From Promethearchaeota archaeon (GTDB lineage: Archaea > Asgardarchaeota > Lokiarchaeia > Sigyniarchaeales > SOKP01), in NCBI GenBank assembly GCA_048939995.1, contig JBHLOY010000003.1, positions 288,001-352,000 on the forward strand: DNA of 64,000 nucleotides, in the 5' to 3' direction. Shown in pieces: positions 37,407 through 47,473 of this stretch (positions are counted from its first letter, which is position 1; each line of letters begins with the position of its first letter). The notes beneath the pieces were generated by a model. It saw nothing but the letters and a program-made list of their open reading frames with translations, ran no database searches and had not been told where the DNA came from. The position numbers and the translations under genes were made by a program.

Positions 37407-39371
37407 TTAGGTTATATTCAATTTTCCTATCCAAAATTCAACTTTCTTCTTAGTTTCCTCTATTTCGCCTTTACTAAGTAATTTAGGTACAATTTTGAGG
37501 GAGGATATTGTAATAGTCATCTGTCCTAAGACTGAAGAATATCCTTTTTCTTCCACAATCTTATTCCGGATTAATTCAATATCAGAAGAAATTTCACTAC
37601 CTATTTTTTTATCTAAGTTATTTATAACTTCTGTAAATAATTCTAATATTGATTTTCCTCCTAAATCTGCAGGAGTTGACCTAGGAACTTCAATTAGAGG
37701 TTGAGGCTTCATTTTAGGTGCTTCAACTTCAGGTTTTTGTTTAAGAGGTTCAAATTTTTCGACTTCTTTTGGTTTATATGATGGTTTCATCGCAGGTTCT
37801 AGTTTTAATTTAGTTTCAGGTTTTGGTGTGGTTCTTGGGATTGGAGGTTTAACTTCTGTTTGTGCTGTTTTTTGATAATCTTCTCCTAAAGCGTACTTAA
37901 TTTCTTCATCACTTACTTTCTTAGCCTGCATCCAAACTTCCTCAAGAACGCCAGCGAATAATTTGACATGTTCCTCAAGGATAGAACCCATTCCAGCAAT
38001 TTCAAAATCGCCCAACTCAATTTTAGATACAACACAAACAACGACCTCCTCAAAATCGCGATTAATTGCCCACAAGTTTTCTCTTGGATAATGACGAATG
38101 CTAATATTTGGGTAATTTATAATTTGTGCAAGTTTACCTTTATGATCGGGATTATTCCAATCAAAATTAGTTGAAATTCTCACATTTATATGTTTCTTTA
38201 CATTTGAAATAGCTACAATATCTATATCATCTAAACTTGGCGCAATTATATGAACTCTCATCTTTAAACGGGTTAAGGTTTCATTAATCTGGGCCTTCAT
38301 TCCTTCAATACTTCTCACAAACCAAACATCTCTATATGATAACATCGAAGCTCTTTTTGATCTTTCAAAAAATTCAGTCATTGTGTCTTCTGATAAATCG
38401 AGTTGTTTGATAATACTAAGCATTATATCTTCTTCAAGAGTTTTGTATATTTCTTTTTGGAACATTTGTTTTAATTCTTCAATACCCTTATCAACATCTT
38501 CATAAACGGAAGAAATTCGTTTATCTAAATCTTCTAAAGTTTCTCTCAACCCTCCTTCAATATCAGTAAATGTATCTCCTAAATCAGTGGACATTTCCCC
38601 TGCTGCGTCCGAAATTGTTGCAAGTTGATTAGTTACTTGATCAAGAGTATTTTCAATTGTCTTTACAAATTTTTGTTTAAAATAATCTGTTAAATCTATG
38701 AATTGTTCTGAAATGATACGTGATACTATTTTCTCTGCCATACTCTTTAAAGCACCAATTCGAAACTGTTTTTCAAAAGCATCCGAAATCTCTGCTTTCA
38801 TTTTTTCTAATCGTGATTCGACAATTCCGAATTCTTTAATGATTTCATCAGGGACAATTTCTCGTAAATTTATTATAAAGCTTCTGATTTCTTGAAATTT
38901 TTTTACACTTTCTAACTCTTTTTCTATTCTACTAAACTGAGTTTTTAATTGAGCTGGTAAATTATTTTTCATCATATGAATATAATTACGATATTCATTT
39001 AGCTTTCCAAGTTTAGCTGATTGCTCTTCAATTTTACGGAATTTTAATTCTAAAGTTTGAGGAGTAGATTCCCGAATTTTTTTTACTACGTTTTTAAATT
39101 GTCCGATTTGGTTTAATAAAGCAGTGTAAGGTGGTAAGGCTACATAAAATGGTGTTTTTCCAGGAACCTCCCTTACTAAACCTTTTATGAGCAAATTTTT
39201 AGCTATTTGAGCAGCTCTTTCTTCTGAAGTATTAATCAGAAGAGCAATCTCTCCAACTAAAACTGGGCCTCTCCCAGTGAGATGAAAATATGTATCAACT
39301 TCATCCTGACTTAATCCAATTAATTCTAAAACTTGCTTAGTAGATTTAAATTCATCTTGTTCTGAAGACAT
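37407..39371 (-). CDS. TrmB-type HTH protein with long coiled-coil insert and PLD-like C-terminal domain
   Basis: LIGLSQDEVDTY...GLVREVPGKTPFYVALPP (TrmB HTH), heptad-rich middle, an alpha/beta domain ending EEVWMQAKK, then a Pro/Lys-rich linker. Confidence 0.65.
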   Translation of the reverse strand: MSSEQDEFKSTKQVLELIGLSQDEVDTYFHLTGRGPVLVGEIALLINTSEERAAQIAKNLLIKGLVREVPGKTPFYVALPPYTALLNQIGQFKNVVKKIRESTPQTLELKFRKIEEQSAKLGKLNEYRNYIHMMKNNLPAQLKTQFSRIEKELESVKKFQEIRSFIINLREIVPDEIIKEFGIVESRLEKMKAEISDAFEKQFRIGALKSMAEKIVSRIISEQFIDLTDYFKQKFVKTIENTLDQVTNQLATISDAAGEMSTDLGDTFTDIEGGLRETLEDLDKRISSVYEDVDKGIEELKQMFQKEIYKTLEEDIMLSIIKQLDLSEDTMTEFFERSKRASMLSYRDVWFVRSIEGMKAQINETLTRLKMRVHIIAPSLDDIDIVAISNVKKHINVRISTNFDWNNPDHKGKLAQIINYPNISIRHYPRENLWAINRDFEEVVVCVVSKIELGDFEIAGMGSILEEHVKLFAGVLEEVWMQAKKVSDEEIKYALGEDYQKTAQTEVKPPIPRTTPKPETKLKLEPAMKPSYKPKEVEKFEPLKQKPEVEAPKMKPQPLIEVPRSTPADLGGKSILELFTEVINNLDKKIGSEISSDIELIRNKIVEEKGYSSVLGQMTITISSLKIVPKLLSKGEIEETKKKVEFWIGKLNIT

Positions 39372-39394
39372 GTCCTAAAATTGCACCTTACCTT

Positions 39395-40522
39395 TTATTT
39401 TTTATATACTTGTTCAAGTAATTCTAAGTGTTTAATGGCGGTGTTCTTTTTCAACTTTTTGTTGGCAATATCCCTCCTTATATTTTCAATCATATATTCA
39501 GGATAGAAAGTTAAAGCTACAACATCGGTTAATAGGAAGATCCATTCTAAGCCTTTACTATCCTTTATCATCGTAATTATATTGTCATTTTGTAATGAAT
39601 TTAAAAAGTCTCTTATTTCATCGAATGTCTCTCCAGGACCTTTAGGGATCTTATTAATAGGATACGTTTTTTCTCTAAATAATGTTATAAAATCATATTT
39701 ATCAGGATTTATCATATTGTGAGAAATTTTTAAATTATCTTCGAAGGTGGGTTGGTAAGAACTAAAGAACTTTCTTGCTTGTTCTAAATATATTTGAGCC
39801 AAGTATGGTGTAGGCAAATTCTTTTTTGCATCTTTAATAACTTTCTCAGCTGGTTGCCTCATAATGGTGAAATCTGATAAAAGAAATAAAGTAATATCCT
39901 GGGTTCCTTCAATCCAGTCTTGTTTAATTAAATCGGTTTTAACAAATGGATCTAAAGTAATTTCAAGATTATATATCGATCGCTCTAAAGTTTCTTCGAG
40001 TAATTCTCGAAGTTCTTTTCGAGAATATGCTCTTTCTTGCAAACTTTCTAAAATCTTTCTTCCTTTCACACTAGTATAAATTTGAGCCATTCTTTGTTCC
40101 TTACTAAGATTTTTAAGTCTTTCTAAAAGAAATAATGAATTTTTTATATAATCTCTTAATTCTTCATTAATTTCATAACTTTTAGCAGGATTTTCAACAA
40201 TAGCATTCAGAAATTGCATTATATTATTATTTAGTTCAGAGATTACAGTTTCACCAAATAATTCGGGATCCTCGTCTAGTTCAAGCATAAGATTAATCAT
40301 AAATGGTACTTTCGATTCCATACCTGTAAAATAGCTTGATACATTCGAGCGAACCTTTTCCAATCTTACTAAAACGCTACCTGCCTGAGCAGCACCAGTA
40401 ATATGAGCATAAAAAATTCTCATCATATCATCTAGATTTACTAATAAATCTTCTGGATAACAAAATTCTATTACTAATCCACGATCTTCAGTCCATCTAG
40501 TTATTATAAATCCTTTAGGCAT
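39395..40522 (-). CDS. Putative longin-like N-terminal domain protein with winged-helix region
   Basis: GFIITRWTEDRGLVIEFCYP...NVSSYFTG N-terminus of the longin/uDENN type; KILESLQERAYSRKELRELL HTH-like segment. Confidence 0.5.
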   Translation of the reverse strand: MPKGFIITRWTEDRGLVIEFCYPEDLLVNLDDMMRIFYAHITGAAQAGSVLVRLEKVRSNVSSYFTGMESKVPFMINLMLELDEDPELFGETVISELNNNIMQFLNAIVENPAKSYEINEELRDYIKNSLFLLERLKNLSKEQRMAQIYTSVKGRKILESLQERAYSRKELRELLEETLERSIYNLEITLDPFVKTDLIKQDWIEGTQDITLFLLSDFTIMRQPAEKVIKDAKKNLPTPYLAQIYLEQARKFFSSYQPTFEDNLKISHNMINPDKYDFITLFREKTYPINKIPKGPGETFDEIRDFLNSLQNDNIITMIKDSKGLEWIFLLTDVVALTFYPEYMIENIRRDIANKKLKKNTAIKHLELLEQVYKK

Positions 40523-40539
40523 CTTATTTCACTTCTATT

Positions 40540-42162
40540 TTATTTTTCGACTACTTCTTTTAATTTATATTCTTCTAAACCTAAATTTTGCTTTTTATTT
40601 TGCAATTGAGTTTTTACTATATCCTCTCTTTTGTTAAAGGAGATTTTCTTTAATTTTTTTCCTTTTCTTATTTTCTTCCTCAATTTTCTTAATTTTCTAA
40701 CCAAAGGAGGATACTTAAAATGAGTTTGATAAATAATAATAATCATGATGGTTCCAATAATAGCAATAGTTAGTGTATAAATTAGCCACGTTAAATCTAC
40801 TCCAGGTTGATCTGGTATTAATATAGTATAAGAGATAACTAATGATACATCATCAATAGAGACAGTGATATTTTCATTTAGTGCAAAATTATCAGCGATA
40901 AAAATTTGTATTGATACATTTACATCATCAGATATTAAAGATGATACATCAAAACCACCTAATTTTGCTTCTTGATAATTAGTTGTAGCAGAAGCTAATT
41001 TAATAGTTTCCGTGTGCTTATTATCATTGATTAAAATTCTAATTTCTGAATTTGGAGATAGGGAGCTATTCCAGGCTTTATCAATTTTATAATTAAAGTT
41101 TAATAGAGCCTGATCTACAATAACACTATAATTGCTTATATCACTTATTCTTTTACAATCTTGGCTTATAGATATGGACGTAGCTATATCGATTCTTTTT
41201 TGATATGTAAAAGTAAGATTACATGATTTTATTAACAAATAATAGAACGTATCACGGTCATATTCACCGTAGTTATCCTCAACATCTATATCAATTCCGA
41301 GAAAAATTGAAAAATTCTGGTGATCCGTTTCTAAAATTTTATTTAAATAAAAAACTAGGACTGTTTTAGGAACGGGAGTCATTAAAGTATCATTAATATA
41401 ATGTCTGACTCCATCAGTGGGTTGGTTTTGCCATGCAGGCAGATCCCCATAACCTAAACTTCTAGGTTCATAACTTGCAATTTGATATCTATCTTTTGCT
41501 TCTAAATCTGATATTTGGACATAAAATTTGACGTGGTCATACTCCGCTGCAGTCGGATTTGTACCTGTTAAAGTATCATTTGGAGTTTCTACATTTGAGT
41601 TAGCACATGCGTTAAATGTTGTTACTAAGTTAGCCGATGTGATAATATAATCCTTCATATCAACCGGCATTTTAATATCTCTCCTCCATAGTACACTAGG
41701 GCGATTTCTGGTCTGATTTCCAAGCACTCCAAATATATTCAATGTTGGTGATTCCCAGTACTCATGAGACGCATTACATCCAAATTCATTGATATTATAA
41801 AGATCTGGAAGAATCGATTCACCAGGTTTTTTGGTGGGGATCCAATCTGTTGCTTTTGGAACACCCGAAATGTTATTAAATATTTGTTCCTTCCCAATAA
41901 CCTTTATATTACTTTGTTCGCTAAAAATAGCCCCTTCAATATCACTTTGATCTCCATCAGTTGTGATATACCAATTATCTTGGGAAGTAAAATTAGGATT
42001 ATTAATCCATTGTTTTGAATCTTTGATCTCAGCCGAAGTACGTAAACTTTTTCTAATTGAATCTGAATAATTCATTAAATATTTAATATGAAATTGATAA
42101 TAGAGTGGAACTAAAAAGATAGATGAAATCAAGAGGAAAATAATCAATTTTTTACTCTTCAT
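40540..42162 (-). CDS. Membrane-anchored surface protein (paralog A)
   Basis: Signal peptide, beta-rich ectodomain, C-terminal TM + FKYPP + basic tail. Confidence 0.75.
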   Translation of the reverse strand: MKSKKLIIFLLISSIFLVPLYYQFHIKYLMNYSDSIRKSLRTSAEIKDSKQWINNPNFTSQDNWYITTDGDQSDIEGAIFSEQSNIKVIGKEQIFNNISGVPKATDWIPTKKPGESILPDLYNINEFGCNASHEYWESPTLNIFGVLGNQTRNRPSVLWRRDIKMPVDMKDYIITSANLVTTFNACANSNVETPNDTLTGTNPTAAEYDHVKFYVQISDLEAKDRYQIASYEPRSLGYGDLPAWQNQPTDGVRHYINDTLMTPVPKTVLVFYLNKILETDHQNFSIFLGIDIDVEDNYGEYDRDTFYYLLIKSCNLTFTYQKRIDIATSISISQDCKRISDISNYSVIVDQALLNFNYKIDKAWNSSLSPNSEIRILINDNKHTETIKLASATTNYQEAKLGGFDVSSLISDDVNVSIQIFIADNFALNENITVSIDDVSLVISYTILIPDQPGVDLTWLIYTLTIAIIGTIMIIIIYQTHFKYPPLVRKLRKLRKKIRKGKKLKKISFNKREDIVKTQLQNKKQNLGLEEYKLKEVVEK

Positions 42163-43849
42163 AATTCACGTCTCCTTCTTTTAATTCTTTTAAATCTAAA
42201 TCTCTATCTTTATAATTTTTAGTTTGCGATTGATTTGATTCAGAAGGCTCAATTTCAAGCATTTTCTTTTTTTCTTGGATATCATTATTAATGATTTCGT
42301 CTCTCTCCCGAAGTAAAACCTTTTTTGTTCTTTTTGATTTATCTATTTTACGTCGCATTTTTTTTATCTTTCTCACAATGGGAGGGTATTTAAAATAACC
42401 TTGATATAATCCGAAAACAATTACAATACCGCCAATAGCTCCAATTAATGTATAAATAAGCCAAGTTAGCTCAATAGGAGGCTCATTTGGTGTGATAATA
42501 AGGTAAGATATCACTAAGGATACATCATCAATAGAAATTGTTATATTTTCATCCGAAACAAAATTATCAGCTATAAAAACTTGAATAGATAAATCTACAT
42601 CATCAGTTATTAAAGAGGTCACATCAAAACCACCTAATTTGGCTTCTTGATAATTAGTTGTAGCAGAAGTTAATTTAATAGTTTCTGAGTGCTTATTGTT
42701 ATTAATTAAAATTCTTATTTCTGAATTTGGAGATAATGAGGTATTCCATGCTTTATCAACTTTATATTTAAAATTTAAGTTTGCATCTTGGACTAACACA
42801 GGATATTCACTCAGATCACTAACCTTATCACAAATTTGATTCCAGGATATCGCTGAGGATCTGTCAATTTTTTTTTCAAAATCAAACGTTAGATTACAAG
42901 ATTTAATATATAAATAATACCAAGTGTCAATTTCCGCTGATGCATAATTATCTTCTGCATAAATATCTATGCCTAATGTTATTCGAAAATTTCGGTAGTT
43001 ATGACTTAAAACTCTACTTAAGTAAAACTTTAACTCATCGTCTTCAACAACTTTCATATAAGTATCATTTAAAACGCTAATAGTCACACTTCTACCGGTT
43101 CTACCATGATAACCTCGTCCTAATTCAACTGTTTGATTATAAGCTAATTCATAAGTTTCTAATTTATTAAGATCTGAAACATATACATAATAACGGGCAT
43201 GGTCATATTCTGCAGCATAGCCTGTTGGTGGTATGGCATCCCAGCCCTCAATTTGTTCAAAAGGAGTCTCTAGGTTAAGATTTGCACTTCCATTAAATAA
43301 TGCAGTTAATTCTGCGTGGGTAATAATATAATCATTCATATCAAATGGCATAGAGACTATTCTATTCCAATGTATTATTGGATTATTTCGAGATTGATTT
43401 CCGGGAACTCCATAAAGATTAAGTCCAGAAGATTCCCAATACTCATGGGCAGCGTAACAACCATAACTATTAATGCCATAAACATCAGGTAGAATAGAGA
43501 TTTCTGACTCTCTTCCCGGGAACCAATCTGTAGCATTTGGTGTTCCTGAAATATTGGAAAAGGTTAACTTTTCCCCTCTAATTATGAAATTTGCTTGATT
43601 TTCATTTAGATTTCCATCAACATCACTCTTATCTCCTTCTGAGGCAATAAACCAATTTTGTTGTGTAGAAAAATTAGCATTGGCGATCCATTCTTGAGTG
43701 CCAGGAATTTCACCCGATAATTTCAAGTTAACTGAATCACTAATATGGACAAATCCGTCTAAATAACTATTATAAATTGGAGTTAAAAATATTAAACTTA
43801 CGCTAGCAATTAATAGAATAAGTTTTAGATTATTTTTTAGAGATTTCAA
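42152..43849 (-). CDS. Membrane-anchored surface protein (paralog B)
   Basis: Tandem paralog of 40540..42162, sharing LSPNSEIRILIN and ATTNYQEAKLGGFDV. Confidence 0.75.
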   Translation of the reverse strand: MKSLKNNLKLILLIASVSLIFLTPIYNSYLDGFVHISDSVNLKLSGEIPGTQEWIANANFSTQQNWFIASEGDKSDVDGNLNENQANFIIRGEKLTFSNISGTPNATDWFPGRESEISILPDVYGINSYGCYAAHEYWESSGLNLYGVPGNQSRNNPIIHWNRIVSMPFDMNDYIITHAELTALFNGSANLNLETPFEQIEGWDAIPPTGYAAEYDHARYYVYVSDLNKLETYELAYNQTVELGRGYHGRTGRSVTISVLNDTYMKVVEDDELKFYLSRVLSHNYRNFRITLGIDIYAEDNYASAEIDTWYYLYIKSCNLTFDFEKKIDRSSAISWNQICDKVSDLSEYPVLVQDANLNFKYKVDKAWNTSLSPNSEIRILINNNKHSETIKLTSATTNYQEAKLGGFDVTSLITDDVDLSIQVFIADNFVSDENITISIDDVSLVISYLIITPNEPPIELTWLIYTLIGAIGGIVIVFGLYQGYFKYPPIVRKIKKMRRKIDKSKRTKKVLLRERDEIINNDIQEKKKMLEIEPSESNQSQTKNYKDRDLDLKELKEGDVNYEE

Positions 43850-44055
43850 TTCTTTTACCTTAAAATTTTGTTTCCATGTTAAATCGAAAATTCCAATTAT
43901 AAATTACAATATAATATATGGATTAATCATATTGCAATAATTCATAAAAATATTTTTTAATCTACAAATATTTTAATAGAACTTGTATTTAAATTTCTGG
44001 AGCTAATTTTCATAAGTTTAAATATTTATTGAAAAAAAATTTTACATATATTTTT

Positions 44056-44859
44056 CTAAAAAATACTTTTGGTGAAACCTCCATCAACTTGAATTACAGT
44101 ACCTGTAATATAACTTGCACGCTCAGAAGCTAAAAATGTCACAAGATTTGCTAACTCTTGTGGTTTTCCAAATCTACCTAACGGAATTTGATCAGTCCAA
44201 GCCTTTATAGCCTGTGTTCTTGGTATTTCAGCATCTATTATTTTTTTTTGTATTAGTTCTTCCATTCTATCTGTTAATGTTGGACCTGGACATACAACGT
44301 TTACCAATATGTTATCTTTTGCATATTCATTAGCAAGAGTTTTGGCATAACCTACTAACCCAAGTCGAGTGGTATTAGATAAGACTAGATTTTCTAAAGG
44401 TTGTTTAACTGATACTGAAGTAATAGCTATAATTCTCGCTTCTTTTTGTTTTTGCATAACCGGTAAAACTAAGTTTGTTGTCCTTATGAAAGATAACAAA
44501 TTTAAATCAATCGAATCTTTCCAGTCATCTTGTGTTATTTTACTTATTGGTCCAGAAGGAGGACCACCAGCATTGTGAATTAGAATATCTATTCTTCCAT
44601 ATTTAGTTAGGGTTTTTTCCACCAGATTTTTTATTTGGTCTTCATATCTAATATCAGCAATGCTATAGTAAACGTTGTTTTCAAAATTTTGCTTTTTATT
44701 TCTCATAAGTCTCTCCTTTGCCATGCTTAAATTATCCTCTGAACGGCTACAAATCATAATATTTGCTCCTTCTTGAAATAAGCCTTCTGCACAAGCAAAA
44801 CCTAAGCCTTTACTTGCTGCCAAAACAAGTGCAACCTTATTCTCTAAACCTAAATCCAT
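44056..44859 (-). CDS. SDR family oxidoreductase
   Basis: LAASKGLG, NAGGPP, SNTTR, NVVCPG and VDGG motifs. Confidence 0.92.
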   Translation of the reverse strand: MDLGLENKVALVLAASKGLGFACAEGLFQEGANIMICSRSEDNLSMAKERLMRNKKQNFENNVYYSIADIRYEDQIKNLVEKTLTKYGRIDILIHNAGGPPSGPISKITQDDWKDSIDLNLLSFIRTTNLVLPVMQKQKEARIIAITSVSVKQPLENLVLSNTTRLGLVGYAKTLANEYAKDNILVNVVCPGPTLTDRMEELIQKKIIDAEIPRTQAIKAWTDQIPLGRFGKPQELANLVTFLASERASYITGTVIQVDGGFTKSIF

Positions 44860-45067
44860 CCTAACTCAACCTTTCTATTGTATATTAAGATTATATTTAT
44901 TCCCAATTTTCTGAGGACAAAAAGGATGATAAAAATATATTAAATAGATAATTTTTTATACCACTCTTTTCATAATATTTTTAAATCAATAAACTGTATG
45001 AAAATATTTATTAAAATAAAATTTAATATTATTATATAAATTATCAAAATTCCTAAAGGTGTGAATA

Positions 45068-45523
45068 ATAAGCTTAGACACTAAAAGTTTTGATAACATC
45101 TTAAGCAAAATTATTAAATCAGAAAGCGGAATTAAAAAAGTCATATTGGTCGATAGAACAGGTTTAACTATCGCAAGCGTATCTAAATTTAGTTATTTTC
45201 CCGCAGATGTTGATGGAATAGGCGCAATTGCGAGTGCTGTTTTTTGCGCTTCGGAAGAACAGGGTAAAAATCTTGAATTAGGAGACTTAGAGATAGTTAC
45301 AAGCGAATTTTCAGGGGGAAAAATATTTGCATCAAGTTGTGGTCCAAAGGGTGTGCTAACTCTCATTTCAGATCCAGATATCAACATTGGGTTAATTAGA
45401 TTAATTCTAAAAAGATCTGGAGATGAATTAAAGGAGATTCTCGATGAGTTCTTGTCTGATATTCCAGATACGCTTGATTCAGGTTTAGATCTAAGCGATT
45501 TAGATGAATTAACTCCAGATTAA
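45068..45523 (+). CDS. Roadblock/LC7 domain protein with acidic tail; probable non-canonical ATA start
   Basis: Frame is open from 45065 (IISLDTKSFDNILSKIIKSESGIKKVILVDRTG), supplying the roadblock first helix; AGGTGTGA SD at 45057-45064. Confidence 0.75.
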   Translation: MSLDTKSFDNILSKIIKSESGIKKVILVDRTGLTIASVSKFSYFPADVDGIGAIASAVFCASEEQGKNLELGDLEIVTSEFSGGKIFASSCGPKGVLTLISDPDINIGLIRLILKRSGDELKEILDEFLSDIPDTLDSGLDLSDLDELTPD

Positions 45524-45692
45524 ACCTAACCAAAAATAACTTAAGAAGTTATTAAAATGTGAAAAACCTTGTTTTTACTCTATTTTCTATTTGTATTCGA
45601 AATTTTGCAAGTTTAAATTAAATTTAAGATTGAATAATTTATAAAAAAAACATCTTCATTAAATAAAGAAAGATCACAAGTGGGTTATTATA

Positions 45693-47471
45693 TTGGTTAA
45701 ACGGCTTAGATTTTATTGTATTATAATATTAGTGTTGTTTACTACGAATTTTTTATATCTAAGTATGAATGTAAAATCTTCTGAAAGCATGAGAGAGGTT
45801 CGATCAGGTTGGGATGTATTAACAATATATGAGATTCCCCATCCCCCTGGACCAAAATGCATAGGTGAAAATAATGACCTTTACTATGTTGATAATCTTA
45901 ATCATATGATAATGAAAATGGATGAATCTATGTCACAAAGTGAATATCTTAATATCTCAATGTCTTTAAATGATATTACTTTTCAGCCTAACCATAATCG
46001 ACTTTTAGGAATGAATGATTTCGGATTTTACACTATAAGTTCTAGCGAAATTAAATTTTTGAATAATTATTCCTATACTTTTCCCTTGACAACAATGACG
46101 GTCGATCCTGTAGATGATTCATTCTATTGTGGTTCAATAAAGAATGGAACTGATATTCTAAAGTTTAATTCCGAAGGCAATTACCTCAACACTATCCTTT
46201 CAAATGTCCAAGGTTGTAGCCAGATTGTTTTAAACAATAATCATAGCACTCTTTATTATACTGAGACGTATCTTGGTTCATTTTCTATGATGAATTTAAC
46301 TTCTTTAGATACAACAATTTTAAAAACTGAAATTGGACTTCCTGGAACCGAAGAAGTGATTGGGATTGGTGTAGATGATAATGATGAATTATATTACATG
46401 ACTGCTGATGGTAATAATAGAGGATTTTATAAATATGAAAATAATACTTTTACATTTCTAATGGCTTCAAAAGGAGGAATGAGTACCTTAACATGGTCAA
46501 AAAAGTTACAAATGTTCATCGCAGCAGGGAGTTTTGGAGGGTGTCTAATCGGGTATAATACTAACGATTCGGAAGCTCAATATCTTACGCCTGTTGTAAA
46601 TTCTAATACTATAATAGAAACATACGATGAAAAAATATTTTACTGTATAGAAAATACTATTTACAAAATAAATGAATCTGGTCCGACATATTTTAGTAGA
46701 AACCCCTATAATACGAGTATTTCAAAATTAATAGTGGATACAAACAATAATATTTTTGCATTGCTAGCAAATGATTCGGTGACGATTGTTAAAGTTAATC
46801 ATGATGGCTCTTTCGAAGATTGGTTTAATAAAAATATTAATGAGTGGGCTAAAACAATTCTTTTTGATGTTAAAAATTATGAAATTGTCCTCCTTACGGA
46901 AAATCTACTTAAAAATGAAACCAATCTTTACCGAATACCCATAAATAATCCAAATGATTACTATAAAGTAGTTACGTTTAAAAATTCTACTCGAATCGTT
47001 GGAGTAGCAGATGTATATGGAAATATTTATATATATGAGGCATCTAATAACACACTCTTTAAAATACCAGATGGATCAATTGAAAAAGAAACAATTACTA
47101 CTGATTTTGCTGACTTTTCTGATATTTATGGAGAACATGCGATAATCGAACCACCATTAGGGTATAGTACGATTGAAAATGGTATTTTCATTGGGAGAAA
47201 TGATGACTTACAAATGTGGCTATTAGATGAGAATTTACGAATTACTTTTGCAATTAATAATCGTGGTATTGATAATGCAGCTATATACCAAAATTTTAAA
47301 CAAGAGATTATATGCACTCAATCAACTTTGGTGCTAAAATTTATTTATCATAAGGCACAAAATACAAACATTTCTTCAGGAAGTTATATTATTGCATTAT
47401 TTATTGGTATGATCAGTGTTTTTTATTTCCAGATAAAAAAAATGAATAAAGCTCGGAACAAAAAGGATTAA
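45693..47471 (+). CDS. Secreted beta-propeller (NHL/SMP-30-like) protein with C-terminal TM anchor
   Basis: Signal peptide, repeated GIGVDDNDELYY / DVYGNIYIY blades, C-terminal TM + basic tail. Confidence 0.7.
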   Translation: MVKRLRFYCIIILVLFTTNFLYLSMNVKSSESMREVRSGWDVLTIYEIPHPPGPKCIGENNDLYYVDNLNHMIMKMDESMSQSEYLNISMSLNDITFQPNHNRLLGMNDFGFYTISSSEIKFLNNYSYTFPLTTMTVDPVDDSFYCGSIKNGTDILKFNSEGNYLNTILSNVQGCSQIVLNNNHSTLYYTETYLGSFSMMNLTSLDTTILKTEIGLPGTEEVIGIGVDDNDELYYMTADGNNRGFYKYENNTFTFLMASKGGMSTLTWSKKLQMFIAAGSFGGCLIGYNTNDSEAQYLTPVVNSNTIIETYDEKIFYCIENTIYKINESGPTYFSRNPYNTSISKLIVDTNNNIFALLANDSVTIVKVNHDGSFEDWFNKNINEWAKTILFDVKNYEIVLLTENLLKNETNLYRIPINNPNDYYKVVTFKNSTRIVGVADVYGNIYIYEASNNTLFKIPDGSIEKETITTDFADFSDIYGEHAIIEPPLGYSTIENGIFIGRNDDLQMWLLDENLRITFAINNRGIDNAAIYQNFKQEIICTQSTLVLKFIYHKAQNTNISSGSYIIALFIGMISVFYFQIKKMNKARNKKD

Positions 47472-47473
47472 AT

